Shown: positions 23,253 to 34,200 of the stretch, piece by piece
Numbering within the stretch: position 1 is the first letter of the stretch
Layout of the letters: every line of letters begins with the position of its first letter
Source: a virus
Lineage: Duplodnaviria; Caudoviricetes
DNA: 64,000 nucleotides
Direction: 5' to 3' (one strand)
Virus record (IMG/VR): IMGVR_UViG_3300044676_005314
Span: 7,807 to 71,806 of that record
Program-made: the position numbers and the translations under genes
The notes under the pieces: generated by a model
What the model saw: only the letters and a program-made list of their open reading frames with translations
Database searches by the model: none
Told to the model about the DNA's origin: nothing

Positions 23253-24238
23253 TGGCTCAAGGACAGCTAAGAATGAAGAACTTATCGCTTAGAAGCTTTA
23301 AGCAAGTAACGGATGGTTTTGCAGGTAAAGGTCGTTATAATTTTCAAAAAATTAAAAGTGTAAAAGATTTAAGAACTTTTTTCTATGAATATTCATTATT
23401 TATTGGCGACTTATCTTCAATACCGGGAATGCCTAATTTTAAAACAGCAAACAACATAAGGCATTTCTTTCTTAAGTCTGCTCGTATTATGGGTGATGCT
23501 AATTCACTTATGGGTACAGCTCAAAAACTAGCTGATGGTTTTCAAATGTCAGACTTAGAAACTGCTGGAGAGCGTGCATTTCGTCGTGTTGGTGGAAGAA
23601 TGACTGGTAAAGCTATGATGACAGTACCCGGAACTAACCCTTTATCTCGTGCAGCTAGGTCTGGTATTGGTGCTAACTTACAAAAAGGATTTGACAGTAT
23701 GACAAAGAAAGCTTTTAGGTCAACTGGTTTGGCCTCAAAACCTGCAGTAAGAGTTTATGGAAAAACAAATGTAGCTAGTCTTTATGACCATTCTTCAGTT
23801 CATAAAATATTAGAGCTTTTTACCGAAGATGTAGCAAGACAAGCTTATATGTTTACTCCTGTAAAAACAGGAAAACTCAGAAGCACTCTTTATCCGTCTT
23901 TTAAAGACACAAAAGTAAAAGGTGGTTTTATAAGAAGAGGAAGAGTAAGCATCGGTGAGGGAACTGATTATGGAATGAAAATAGAGTTCGGTAGCGGTGC
24001 AGGTTTTGATGTAGGTGTCGGTGCTATAAAAGCTAGATACTTTCCAGTGACACCAAAGTCAGTTCAATATCTTAGAAGTGCTAGTGAAAATAGAAGAGCA
24101 GTGACCAATGGTAGAGGTGCTATGTTAAGAAGAGGTTTTGCTAAAGCGGCAGCAAGAATGAAAATGTCTGGATTAGGTACAGTAAGACAACACAATATAG
24201 AAAAAGTAATTAAGGATATGACAGGGAAAGTTAAGTAA
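23252..24238 (+). CDS. HK97 gp10-like neck/tail component, N-terminally extended
   Basis: TPVKTGKLRS.L and YG..IEFG in the C-half; synteny. Confidence 0.6.
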   Translation: MAQGQLRMKNLSLRSFKQVTDGFAGKGRYNFQKIKSVKDLRTFFYEYSLFIGDLSSIPGMPNFKTANNIRHFFLKSARIMGDANSLMGTAQKLADGFQMSDLETAGERAFRRVGGRMTGKAMMTVPGTNPLSRAARSGIGANLQKGFDSMTKKAFRSTGLASKPAVRVYGKTNVASLYDHSSVHKILELFTEDVARQAYMFTPVKTGKLRSTLYPSFKDTKVKGGFIRRGRVSIGEGTDYGMKIEFGSGAGFDVGVGAIKARYFPVTPKSVQYLRSASENRRAVTNGRGAMLRRGFAKAAARMKMSGLGTVRQHNIEKVIKDMTGKVK

Positions 24239-24690
24239 TGGCACAACAATTACCAGACGCAGAAATTTTATTTAGAACTTGGGCTTTATCTCAAGCACCT
24301 ATAACTAACTTAGTAAATACAAGAGTAGCAACAAGACTTCCAACTAGTGGAGATATGCCTTTTTTAGTTTACACAATGCTAGGTGGTGCACCTATTGGTG
24401 GAGAGTCTTTAATATACGAAGCAACTATGTTTATAGATGCATATGCAGGTAAGTATGCTTCTTCAGGAACAAAGGGCCAGCCAGATTTTGCTGGTGCTTT
24501 CGGTTTAGCAAACACGACAATAGAACAAACATTTGATTACACACCAACAAAATTAACTTCAAGTGGTGGAGAAATTGGAGTAATACACGGTTTCTATAAT
24601 CAAAGTGGGCCTGCAAGAGTTGAAGAGCCCGACCTCGGTTTGGCACGCTATAATATAGAAGTAGTAATGGTATATGGAGCGGCAACGTGA
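24238..24690 (+). CDS. tail terminator protein
   Basis: synteny; P..MPF.VY...GG, ..ID.YA, GP..V.EP....ARY. Confidence 0.7.
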   Translation: MAQQLPDAEILFRTWALSQAPITNLVNTRVATRLPTSGDMPFLVYTMLGGAPIGGESLIYEATMFIDAYAGKYASSGTKGQPDFAGAFGLANTTIEQTFDYTPTKLTSSGGEIGVIHGFYNQSGPARVEEPDLGLARYNIEVVMVYGAAT

Positions 24691-24959
24691 AGAATATAAA
24701 ATTAAACCCATTTATTAGGGATTTTGACGCTATTAGAGATGAAAAACTCGATGTCATTATCGGTAAACAATGGGTAGAAGTTAAAGAGTCTGATTGGAAA
24801 AGGCTTGCAGAAGCACAGACCAAACAAGGCGATTCTTTACTTCCAACGTTCATTGCCGAAGGTGATGGAATGGGTGAAGTGAAGTCTATTGTTTCTTCTG
24901 AAGCAATAAACAAAGATGATGAGTGGTTCGGTGCTGACGAAGTAGTAGAAGAAGAGTGA
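24687..24959 (+). CDS. hypothetical tail-region protein
   Basis: GTGA overlap. Confidence 0.65.
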   Translation: MKNIKLNPFIRDFDAIRDEKLDVIIGKQWVEVKESDWKRLAEAQTKQGDSLLPTFIAEGDGMGEVKSIVSSEAINKDDEWFGADEVVEEE

Positions 24960-24998
24960 CAAACTTTTCATAAGTTAAGCATAGGTAGGTAAAACAGT

Positions 24999-25604
24999 AT
25001 GGCACAAAGCATTACAGAAGTAGTCTTGGGAACAGGAAACTTGTTTGTGGCTAGCGAGAGTGATTTAAATGGAAGTAGCCCAAGCGCTACATTCCCATCC
25101 ACTCCTGCAGACACACCAAGTTCGTCTTACTGGGATAACATTGGTTATTCCGAAGGAGGATTTTCCCTTGAGTATGACAAAACTTTTGAAGATGTAATGG
25201 TAGCAGAAGAGATTGACCCAATTAAAACAATTAAAACTGCACAAGAAGTCAGAATAACAGGTGAGCTAGCTCAAGCGTCGTTAAGAAACTTGAAGTTTGC
25301 TATGGCTGGTGGTACAACAACCGCAGACACACCTTCAGCTGGCTATACAGAATTAGTTCCTCCAACAACAGATAGTTTCGAAGAGAAATCATTGTTGTTA
25401 AGAGTTAACGCTCCGGGAACTGATGAAGCAGGAACAACGAAGTTGAGAGACATCCACGTTCCTCGTGCAGTCAATATTGGTGCATTCTCTATGGTTCACG
25501 CAAAAGCACCTCAAAAAGTGACAATCACAATTGAGTACAAAGTGTTGAAACCAAATAGCGATGCTCCATTTGCAAATATCTTTAAAGTTATAGATACAGT
25601 ATAA
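24999..25604 (+). CDS. major tail (tube) protein
   Basis: V.LGTG.LFVA, W..IGYSEGG..L.Y, synteny before chaperones and tape measure. Confidence 0.85.
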   Translation: MAQSITEVVLGTGNLFVASESDLNGSSPSATFPSTPADTPSSSYWDNIGYSEGGFSLEYDKTFEDVMVAEEIDPIKTIKTAQEVRITGELAQASLRNLKFAMAGGTTTADTPSAGYTELVPPTTDSFEEKSLLLRVNAPGTDEAGTTKLRDIHVPRAVNIGAFSMVHAKAPQKVTITIEYKVLKPNSDAPFANIFKVIDTV

Positions 25605-25625
25605 AAAATTAAGTAGGAGGATATC

Positions 25626-25976
25626 GTGGCAGAGTTTAAAGACTTTGACGAAGCATTGGCAGAGGATGCCGAACAAAAGATTACTTTCAAGGTAGGGGGA
25701 CGGAACTACGAAGCTCCAACATCCCTACCTGCGAAAGTCGTTTTAGCACAGTTAAAGCTGTCTAATGACGAAGGTGGCATAGACCAAAAGAACATTGGTG
25801 AATGGCTTGGAGCCGTAATGGGTGAAGCGCAATTCAACGAAATGTTAGAAGACGGCATAAGTTGGATACAGTTGGAGAAAGTATTAGTATTCTTACTTGT
25901 ACAGTACGGTGTAATACCAGACCCCGACGCAGAAGCATCAGATGCTGAAGGGGGAGAAGAAGAAGACCCAAAATAA
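25626..25976 (+). CDS. tail assembly chaperone G
   Basis: synteny; slippery heptamer at the 3' end. Confidence 0.8.
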   Translation: MAEFKDFDEALAEDAEQKITFKVGGRNYEAPTSLPAKVVLAQLKLSNDEGGIDQKNIGEWLGAVMGEAQFNEMLEDGISWIQLEKVLVFLLVQYGVIPDPDAEASDAEGGEEEDPK

Positions 25977-26239
25977 ACCTTACTTGGGATGATGTCCTAG
26001 GAAGGTGGGCTTCTGTAGAATCTGATTTTTTAAGATTTTACAAACTTGACCCTTTGAACATCACTTGGAGATTATTTAAAAATCTTTTATTCAGCTTAGT
26101 CTCCGAAGAATCTTCTTTTTATGCCCCTTATTTAGCTGAGCAAATGCGTGAGTTAAGGGAAGATGCAGAAGAAAAGCAAAACGAAAAGCCAAAAGTCCAA
26201 GTATCTCTTGGAGAAGCTATGAAAGAATTAGGTGTTTAA
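25967..26239 (+). CDS. tail assembly chaperone GT extension via -1 frameshift
   Basis: C CCA AAA (25967-25973); the -1 frame is open: INLTWDDVLGRWASVESDFLRFYKLDPLNITWRLF... Confidence 0.8.
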   Translation, partial: PKINLTWDDVLGRWASVESDFLRFYKLDPLNITWRLFKNLLFSLVSEESSFYAPYLAEQMRELREDAEEKQNEKPKVQVSLGEAMKELGV

Positions 26240-29200
26240 ATGTCAAAAATAGGTGAAGGACATATAGACGTAGATGTAGATGCGTCCAAAGCCGAAGAAG
26301 GTGCTAAAGCCAGTACGCTGAGAATCGGTGCCATTTTATCAAAGGCTTTCTCTGGAATATCTGGAATGATAAATATGGCAGGCATTGGTATGCTTGCCGG
26401 TATTAGTATTTCTTTGACTGCTGGTGTTAGAGCTGCAGTTGAGTTTGAAGATGCATTCGCTATGGTCAAAAAGACTATGGCAGATGTAGATAGTCCGGAA
26501 GTTTTTGATAAAATTGCCGACGACCTAAAAGCACTAGCAACACAAATACCTGTTCGAGCTTCTGAATTAGCAGCTTTGGGTTCTGTTGCAGGTCAGTTAG
26601 GTGTTGGTGCTGATGACGTATCTCGATTCGTTGAAGTCACCGGTAAATTAGGCGTTGCAACAAATATGACAGGTGAGCAAGCGGCTACATCTCTAGCAAG
26701 ATTTCTTAATGTCACAAATCAGTCAACAGATACAGTAGGTAAGTTTGCATCTATATTGGTTCAATTAGGTAACAATGTTGCTGCTCAAGAATCTGAAATT
26801 ATATTATTAGCTCAAAACTTTGGTGCTATTGGTACTGTTGCAGGTTTGTCAGCTACAGATATTCTTGCATTTTCTGCTGCTATGAGGGAAACAGGTCAGC
26901 AAGCATCTGCAGGTTCTACTGCATTAGGTAAGTTATTTACAATTATGGCTGATGCTAATAAGTCTGGTGGTGGCGCTATCTTTGACTTTGCAGAAGTTGC
27001 AGGAATGGAAATGGGTGCATTTGCAGAGTTAGTCGAAACAGATATAGCTAGAGCAGCTCAAGCATTCTTAGCTGGATTAGACAAGATGAATGATTCGGGT
27101 CAAGCATTGACACCAACATTACAAAAATTAGGTCTAAACCAAGTAAGAACTGCAAGAGCAGTACTCTCATTAGCTAACAACCAAGAAGGCCTAAATGAGG
27201 CACTTGCTTTAGCTAGAGAAGAAGCAGTATCACAAAACGCTTTGAATGAAGAAGCTGCAACAAGATTCGAAACAGTTTCACAAAAAGTTGCACAGTTTAA
27301 AGCTATAACAAATGTTGCATCATCTGAAATTGGTGAGGTATTTATGCCAATAGTTAGCAAGCTTATGGATTTCTTTATTACATTAGCAAAAGGTCTAGTT
27401 GGACTAGTAAGAGGTTTTAAAGAACTTGGTACTGCTATGAAAGTACTATTTACAACAGGTGCACTCGGTACAATATTTGCGATGTTTCGAAATCTAGTAG
27501 GAATATTTAAACAGATTATTGGTGCTGCTACTCCTATGGGTAAATTCTTTAATGGCTTCAAAGGTATATTGGGTAAACTTATGGGGCCTCTCAAACTTCT
27601 CACCGGTGCTGTTGGTGTCTTAGTGGCAGCTATTACTGGATTGTTTAAGTTAGGAAAAAAACAAGAAAATTTTGACCAGTTTGAAGAAGGCATCAAAGGA
27701 ATAGCAGATGTACTAAAAGAAGTAGATTCTATGGATGGTGGTATAGCTGGAAACTTGTCTGACGAAGTTGTAAGAGGTTTTATTGAGGGTGTTCCAGAAG
27801 GATACAAAGAAGGTGTTCGTAAAGCTATAGCAGATGGAACAATTACAGGTGCAACCGCTCAAGCAGCTGTTGAAATCGGTAATGTTATGGGAGACAATAT
27901 AAGCGACTCATTAAGAAACGCACTAAGCGTTGGCGATATTATGGATGGGAACGCTTTGACTCAATTAAGTGGCGCTATAGAAGATATGGATTTAGATGGA
28001 GGTGTTGATAAGTTTGGAGTAATATATGAGACTTCAAAACTACTACAAGAAGAATTGAGAAAAGGTGCTAACGCTAACTCAGATACTGTAGATGAATTAA
28101 AAGCACAGCTTGCTTTATATATGCAAATAGCAGAGGCTAGTGGAAATCTTGAAACTAATCAAGAAAAAATGGTTCGACTCATTAAAGATGCAGTTGGTTT
28201 ACAGGCGTTTCAAACACCTTGGATGCAGAAGGCGCTGGAAACCGAAGCCGGAAGAGTTGCGATGGCAAAAAGATTAGTAGGTTCAAGCACAGAACTAAGA
28301 GACCTATTAGTAGAGATGGGGCTAATAGATATATCAGACCCAATAACTGATGCCTTTACACAGTTAGAAAGAGATGTAAATAACTTTTTACAATTAGTTG
28401 AAGATATAACTAGACCACAAGACTTAGTATTCGATGTTGAGATGGCAGAGTTTGATGTAGCTGATGCACATAAAGAACACAATGAATTACATCAAGAATC
28501 TAAGGACTTACATCAAGAAGATGTAGATTTGGCAAATGAGTTAGCAAAAATACAAGCTGCTGATGCTATGACTCAAGAAGAGAAACTTAAGCAACAGGAA
28601 TTATTAAATGAGGCTTTAGTTCTAGAAAATGAGCATAAGACTAAATCATTAATGACTTTACAAGAGCAACAAAAACAACAAGATTTAATTAATGAAGCTT
28701 TAGAAATTGAACAAAGACTTAGAGATGGTTTATCTTTATCAGCTAATGACCAATTACAAAGAGAAAAACTTCGTAAAGATAGAAGAAGAGTTGAGCTAGC
28801 AGTACAGCAGGGTTCTTTAGAGTTTGGAGATTTAGAACTACAAGCTATAGATGAAAACATAGCTGCTATTGAGGGCAAAGCTGTAACCCAACAAGATGCT
28901 GATATAGCTAGAGAAAAAGCTGCTGCAGTATTTCAAAAAGCAGAAGCTCGAAGAGAGAGAGAAATTGCTGAGATTGAAAAAATGCGTGCTGACGCTGCAG
29001 AAATTGCAGCCGATGCTCAGATTAGAAAACAAAAAGAAATTGAAGTTATCCAGAAGCGTCAAATAGAAATACAAGAAAGATTATTAGAACTACCTAGAGA
29101 AATTAAAGAAGCTCATATAGATATACACGATGCACAAATGGATTTGATTAAAGCAAATAGTAATTTACTTTTAAGTTTTAGAGATTTAAGAAGTGTTGTT

Positions 29201-29695
29201 GTAGAAGATGCAATGGCAATGGCAGAAGCATTAGGTATGCCACTGAGTGTTTTAGATGGCATTATGACATTGTTTAATCACGCAAAAGTTGAAGCAGTGC
29301 CAAAAATTAATGATAGATTAGATGCTATTGACCCAGCACTAGCAAATCAACTTTCTGGAATATCATACTCCAACTCAAGAATGGATGAAAGAAGAAAACA
29401 ATACAGTTTATTTAAACAATATGAATTTGGAAACAAACATATTGGTGGTGCTGTTAAGCCATACGGAACATATATGGTTGGTGAGCTTGGACCCGAAATA
29501 CTTAAGATGAACCCATCTGGTGGTGGTTTCATTAACAGAACAGGCCAAAGTGGTGGTATGTCACAGAACAATGTTGTAAATGTAAATGTTACAGGATTAC
29601 CTACTGACCCTATAGCTTCAAGAAGAATTGCACAAAATATTCAAAGAGAACTTAACAAACTATCTAGAGACGGAAGGAGTGGAAGTGTTAGGTAA
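26240..29695 (+). CDS. tape measure protein (TP901-like)
   Basis: A..FE.AFA.VKKT, LA.LG..AGQLG, ..KLG.AT, LGNN.AA.E.EI; long helical; C-term GG.V.....YMVGE.GPE. Confidence 0.95.
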   Translation: MSKIGEGHIDVDVDASKAEEGAKASTLRIGAILSKAFSGISGMINMAGIGMLAGISISLTAGVRAAVEFEDAFAMVKKTMADVDSPEVFDKIADDLKALATQIPVRASELAALGSVAGQLGVGADDVSRFVEVTGKLGVATNMTGEQAATSLARFLNVTNQSTDTVGKFASILVQLGNNVAAQESEIILLAQNFGAIGTVAGLSATDILAFSAAMRETGQQASAGSTALGKLFTIMADANKSGGGAIFDFAEVAGMEMGAFAELVETDIARAAQAFLAGLDKMNDSGQALTPTLQKLGLNQVRTARAVLSLANNQEGLNEALALAREEAVSQNALNEEAATRFETVSQKVAQFKAITNVASSEIGEVFMPIVSKLMDFFITLAKGLVGLVRGFKELGTAMKVLFTTGALGTIFAMFRNLVGIFKQIIGAATPMGKFFNGFKGILGKLMGPLKLLTGAVGVLVAAITGLFKLGKKQENFDQFEEGIKGIADVLKEVDSMDGGIAGNLSDEVVRGFIEGVPEGYKEGVRKAIADGTITGATAQAAVEIGNVMGDNISDSLRNALSVGDIMDGNALTQLSGAIEDMDLDGGVDKFGVIYETSKLLQEELRKGANANSDTVDELKAQLALYMQIAEASGNLETNQEKMVRLIKDAVGLQAFQTPWMQKALETEAGRVAMAKRLVGSSTELRDLLVEMGLIDISDPITDAFTQLERDVNNFLQLVEDITRPQDLVFDVEMAEFDVADAHKEHNELHQESKDLHQEDVDLANELAKIQAADAMTQEEKLKQQELLNEALVLENEHKTKSLMTLQEQQKQQDLINEALEIEQRLRDGLSLSANDQLQREKLRKDRRRVELAVQQGSLEFGDLELQAIDENIAAIEGKAVTQQDADIAREKAAAVFQKAEARREREIAEIEKMRADAAEIAADAQIRKQKEIEVIQKRQIEIQERLLELPREIKEAHIDIHDAQMDLIKANSNLLLSFRDLRSVVVEDAMAMAEALGMPLSVLDGIMTLFNHAKVEAVPKINDRLDAIDPALANQLSGISYSNSRMDERRKQYSLFKQYEFGNKHIGGAVKPYGTYMVGELGPEILKMNPSGGGFINRTGQSGGMSQNNVVNVNVTGLPTDPIASRRIAQNIQRELNKLSRDGRSGSVR

Positions 29696-29804
29696 AGTAA
29701 AAGAAGATTTTCAATTACCGGATGATATGTTTGAAGATAATCCAGTATTTGTAGATACTTCACACGAATTCGATGATGACTGTGGTGACGCGTGCAAAAT
29801 ATAG
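29685..29804 (+). CDS. 39-aa acidic peptide ending DDDCGDACKI
   Basis: AGGAG RBS before GTG; hand translation. Confidence 0.5.
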   Translation: MLGKVKEDFQLPDDMFEDNPVFVDTSHEFDDDCGDACKI

Positions 29805-29880
29805 GATACTCTCACGCTAACTTCCATATGCACAAAGCTACCCACGATAATGAATGGGTAGAATGGGAAGAGGAAGAATA

Positions 29881-30006
29881 ATGCTTCTTAGTAATAAACA
29901 AGATGAAATACTCAAACCTTGTGAATCAGATTCTAAATGTGGTAATTATTTTTATCACAGTACTTATAGATACTGTGAAATATGTAGAGCAAAGGATATG
30001 TGCTAA
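29881..30006 (+). CDS. 41-aa Cys-rich peptide
   Basis: GAGGA RBS; C-x5-C...CEIC. Confidence 0.5.
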   Translation: MLLSNKQDEILKPCESDSKCGNYFYHSTYRYCEICRAKDMC

Positions 30007-31262
30007 TGGCTAACACAATAACAATAGGAAGAATGAGTTTTACTTCTCCTGCTACTTTTAGCATTGCAGCAGTTCCAACTAATCAAAGAAACTCAATGGA
30101 TAGAACATCTACTATGTCTGGAAGGTTTGTAGCTAGTTCTGTCACTGAAGCTAAATTATTAAGAGATGAATTAATATCTATGGCAAATTCAAATTTGCTA
30201 TTACCACTTACTTATACAGGAGACACAACATTTGAAGGTTTTTGTAAGTTACAAAATGCAAGTATTAACCACGCAAAATTAGCTACTGGTGTTTTAGATT
30301 ATTCAATAACAATACTTGTACAAGGTAGAACATCCGAGATGTTATTTGAAAGTAATATGTCGGGTGCTTTACTAACTAATTCTCACAGTCTCACAACTAG
30401 TGATACTACTTATGGACCATTTCACGCTTTGCCTGTAAACGCATATAGTTATAATCACGAAAATGCACCGACTGGTGTTCAGAGAGCAACAGAAGAAGGC
30501 AATGTGACACTATTTTACGGAAGCGACATAAGAGATAAAGCAGCTCAATGGTTAGTTGAACCTGATAATTTTTATAAAGGTGCTTGTAAGGTTTATGTAA
30601 ACAATACTTTAAGAACTGGCTATCTAGCACCAAATCATCCAACAGGTGTTTTATTAACTAATGGAATTATTAGATTAACTTCTGGTTCTACTACTAATGA
30701 ATCAAGATTTACTTTGGAATTTTATGATAACGGTTCTTGGACAAGTTCAAGAGAGATATCATTTAATTCTGGTTCTTCTACTACTGACTGGAATCTATGG
30801 ACAACAGCTCAAATTATAAGAAATGAACCACAAGAATGCGTTGTAAGATTTACTTCGTATTCTTCAGATGATAATGGTGATGGGCGACTCACAGTCGATG
30901 CCACCATAAAAAGGGGTGCTCATCACATATCATTTGTTGCTAATCAAGGACCTACTGCTAGTAGAGCTGCTGCTTCAAGAATAAATTTACAAGTCACTGA
31001 AAATGGTGGAACATTTAGTGACAGCACAGGTTATATGGTTGAGAGTTCTGCAGACTCATCGGGACAAAAACTTATTGTTGGTAGCCCTCAAGGGTATACA
31101 GCAGATACAACTAATAAACTTATACATTTATCAACTGCACAATTTAAAACTTTTGTAGGTTATGTTTATGGAACATCACCTTTAGCACACGATACTGCAG
31201 ACGCTGTAAGAGACCAATACCTTGAAAGTGTTTATGAGAATGTGAGACTAGTGAGGGCATAA
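30006..31262 (+). CDS. distal tail / hub protein (start revised to MANT)
   Basis: synteny after tape measure, beta-rich. Confidence 0.7.
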   Translation: MANTITIGRMSFTSPATFSIAAVPTNQRNSMDRTSTMSGRFVASSVTEAKLLRDELISMANSNLLLPLTYTGDTTFEGFCKLQNASINHAKLATGVLDYSITILVQGRTSEMLFESNMSGALLTNSHSLTTSDTTYGPFHALPVNAYSYNHENAPTGVQRATEEGNVTLFYGSDIRDKAAQWLVEPDNFYKGACKVYVNNTLRTGYLAPNHPTGVLLTNGIIRLTSGSTTNESRFTLEFYDNGSWTSSREISFNSGSSTTDWNLWTTAQIIRNEPQECVVRFTSYSSDDNGDGRLTVDATIKRGAHHISFVANQGPTASRAAASRINLQVTENGGTFSDSTGYMVESSADSSGQKLIVGSPQGYTADTTNKLIHLSTAQFKTFVGYVYGTSPLAHDTADAVRDQYLESVYENVRLVRA

Positions 31263-34200
31263 TGGCGATAACCGAAAGGCTGATGGGGCCGGGGAACTTT
31301 ACGGTCACATTTTCCCAAGAATTTACTCCTACAGCAATAATTGAAGCAATCAAAGAATGGGGACATATTGTTATTACCCCACAAGAAATTGATATAGACA
31401 CGCTTTCAGATAGTGAAATATTAAATTCATCAAGATACACAGGTATTGTTTTAAATAGAACTTTAGAAGAAGGCTCTGTACAAATAAACGGACAAGGCCT
31501 TGAATTATATATGGGTGATGGCAACGCAAAAGGTATGGTAATTGCTGAGTCTAATAATGTAGGTAAAGTAAGAAACTATACAGCAACTACTCTTTCAGAA
31601 ACATTATTTAACTCTACTGCACAAACTAACAAGCCATTAGGAATTATGCTTGATGAAGCTGGTAATACACAAGCTATAACTCAAGGAACGATATCTAATC
31701 CTGCTTCAACATACACAGGTAGTCACTTTGTTGAAACAGCTTTATCTGCACTTAAATTTGTTTGCGAAATATTAAATGTTGAGTACAGAGTCAATTCAAA
31801 CGCAACTATAGATGCTGGACCACAAGCTAACTTGTTTGAAGGAGTGGGAACATCAGAGCCAAATAGTATTATTGTCAAAACTGCTTATGGACAAGACCCA
31901 GAATTTGAAGGTGTCGTACCACAAGGTTTGAGAACAGAATTTGATGCTTCTGATTGGGTATCAAGAGTTGATTTTACTGGTGAAGTAGGTTTCTTTGATA
32001 CAGCTACTGATGTTGCTGGAGAGGCAAACTTAGGTTCTAATCCATATAAAGATTTACACGGAAATGAACTTAAAAGAGTTGCATTAGTACAAGAGCCAGA
32101 TGTTCCAGAAGCTAACTTAAATACAAAAGCTACAACAATGCTTAATGAACTTTCCAGAATAAAGAAAGTACTTAATCTAGATTTAGAACAATATGAAGTT
32201 TCTGGAGATATGAAAGTCGGTGACTACATATATGCTTTTGACCCGGATGTTGGATTTAAAGATACAGCTACTGACGCTACTGCAGAAAGTAGAGATTTAT
32301 ACGAAATAACATTTAGAGGTCAAACAATAACACCTGTAAAAATAAGAGTATTAGGTATTACTTTCCCTGTAACGACAGGAATGGGTTGTTATTACCGTGA
32401 TAAAGATGGAAACTATACAGACATAACTGAATATGTCAATTATGAAAACGGTGCAGCTCAAGTAGAGCTTGGTGATTTAATTAGAACTATAGGTGATGAT
32501 TTAAGATTTTCCGAATTTTCATTATCTAAAAGTACAGCAGGTGCTTTTTCTATACCAAACTTACCTAGTACTCCAACATTGCAATCTGGTACATATTTAA
32601 ACGCAACTGGAGACTCAAGTGGTTTTATAAGGGTGACTGTCTCGAGACCAACTAATATTGATGGTTCTCAAATTACGGATGGTAGTCATTATAAAATCAG
32701 ATATAAAAGAATTACAGAATCTGATTACTCCTATCAAAACTTTCCCTTTACAGGAGTTAGTTCTGAAAGCTTATTAATACAAGACTTAACAGTAGGGGAA
32801 ACTTATGATGTAGGAGTTGCTGTAGTTGATAAATCTGGTTTTAAAAAGATGTCAGCATACGATGGAACTGGTTCAGATTTATATACAAACTCCTCAAGTA
32901 TTAATCCAAGTTTTGCTACAAATGCAAGGGTTGAGATAGAAAAAGATGGTCAAGCACCATCAAAGCCAAAAACTGCAACAATTGCAGCAGGACCATTAAG
33001 AGTTCAAATCACACATTACTTAGGAAAAGATGGTACTGATGGAAATGGTAACCCTTATGGAAACTTCACACTTGAAGGTGATGTTGACCACTTAGATGTA
33101 CACGCAGTGACACAGTCTGGGAACAGTGCAACATTTACTACTTCTGCAAGTACAAAGATTGGTGAAGTAAGAGTCACTTCTGGAAACTTATTACAACAGA
33201 TACCTGTAATTGCAACAATTGAATTAGAAGACTCTGAAGACTACTACTTCAGAATAATTGCTGTAGATAAATCTGGAAACTCCTCAGATGCTTCTGATGG
33301 ACAATCTGCTACAGCTAACTTAATAGCAGAAGCTAATATTGCTGATGCAACTATCACTACAGCTAAAATTGGGGAAGCTCAAATAACAAACGCTCTTATT
33401 GCAGATGCAACAATAACTACTGCAAAGATAAATGACCTATCAGCAGATAAAATAACATCAGGAACTATTACCGGTGGAGAGATAACTGTTGGTGGTGTAT
33501 CTAATACAAGTGGATTTATAAAATCTTATAACTTTTCTAGTGGTTCTGCCGGATGGGCAATCAATTCAGATGGTAGTGCAGAGTTCGCAAATGCAACTGT
33601 AAGAGGAACATTAAATGCTAGTGACATAACAGCAGGAACTTTAGATGCTTCTAATATCACAGTGACAAATTTAAATGCAGGTGAAATTAGTACAGGAACT
33701 TTAAACGTAGACAGATTACCAACAATTACAACTTCTCAAATTAATTTTACTGCTTCTGATATTGATGGTGTTGACCCAGATACAATACTTGCAACTATTA
33801 ATGCATCTTCTGAAGGTATAGAAATAAATGCAAATAAATTAGATTTAAGTGGTTCATTGTCAGTAGGAGATGCTTTAGACGTAGGTGGTTCTGATGCTTC
33901 TAGTTTCCACGTTGATATAGACGGAAATATGTGGTTAGGAGCTGGAACTTATGCAGCTGCTCCATTCAAAGTTTCCAATGCTGGTGCTCTAGAGGCTAGT
34001 TCATTTTCTTTGACTGGTGGTAGTGCAACTAACTTAGCCTTACAAGTAGCAACGCAATCTAGTGGAACACCAACTTCTGCATCAAGTAGTGCAATAAAAA
34101 TAGGTACATCAGTTATGTTTGAACAAAGTGATAAGCTAAAAGTTACTAAACCTTTTGTTGTTTTACCAGATGGAAGTGAATCCGCACCATCTTTAACTAT

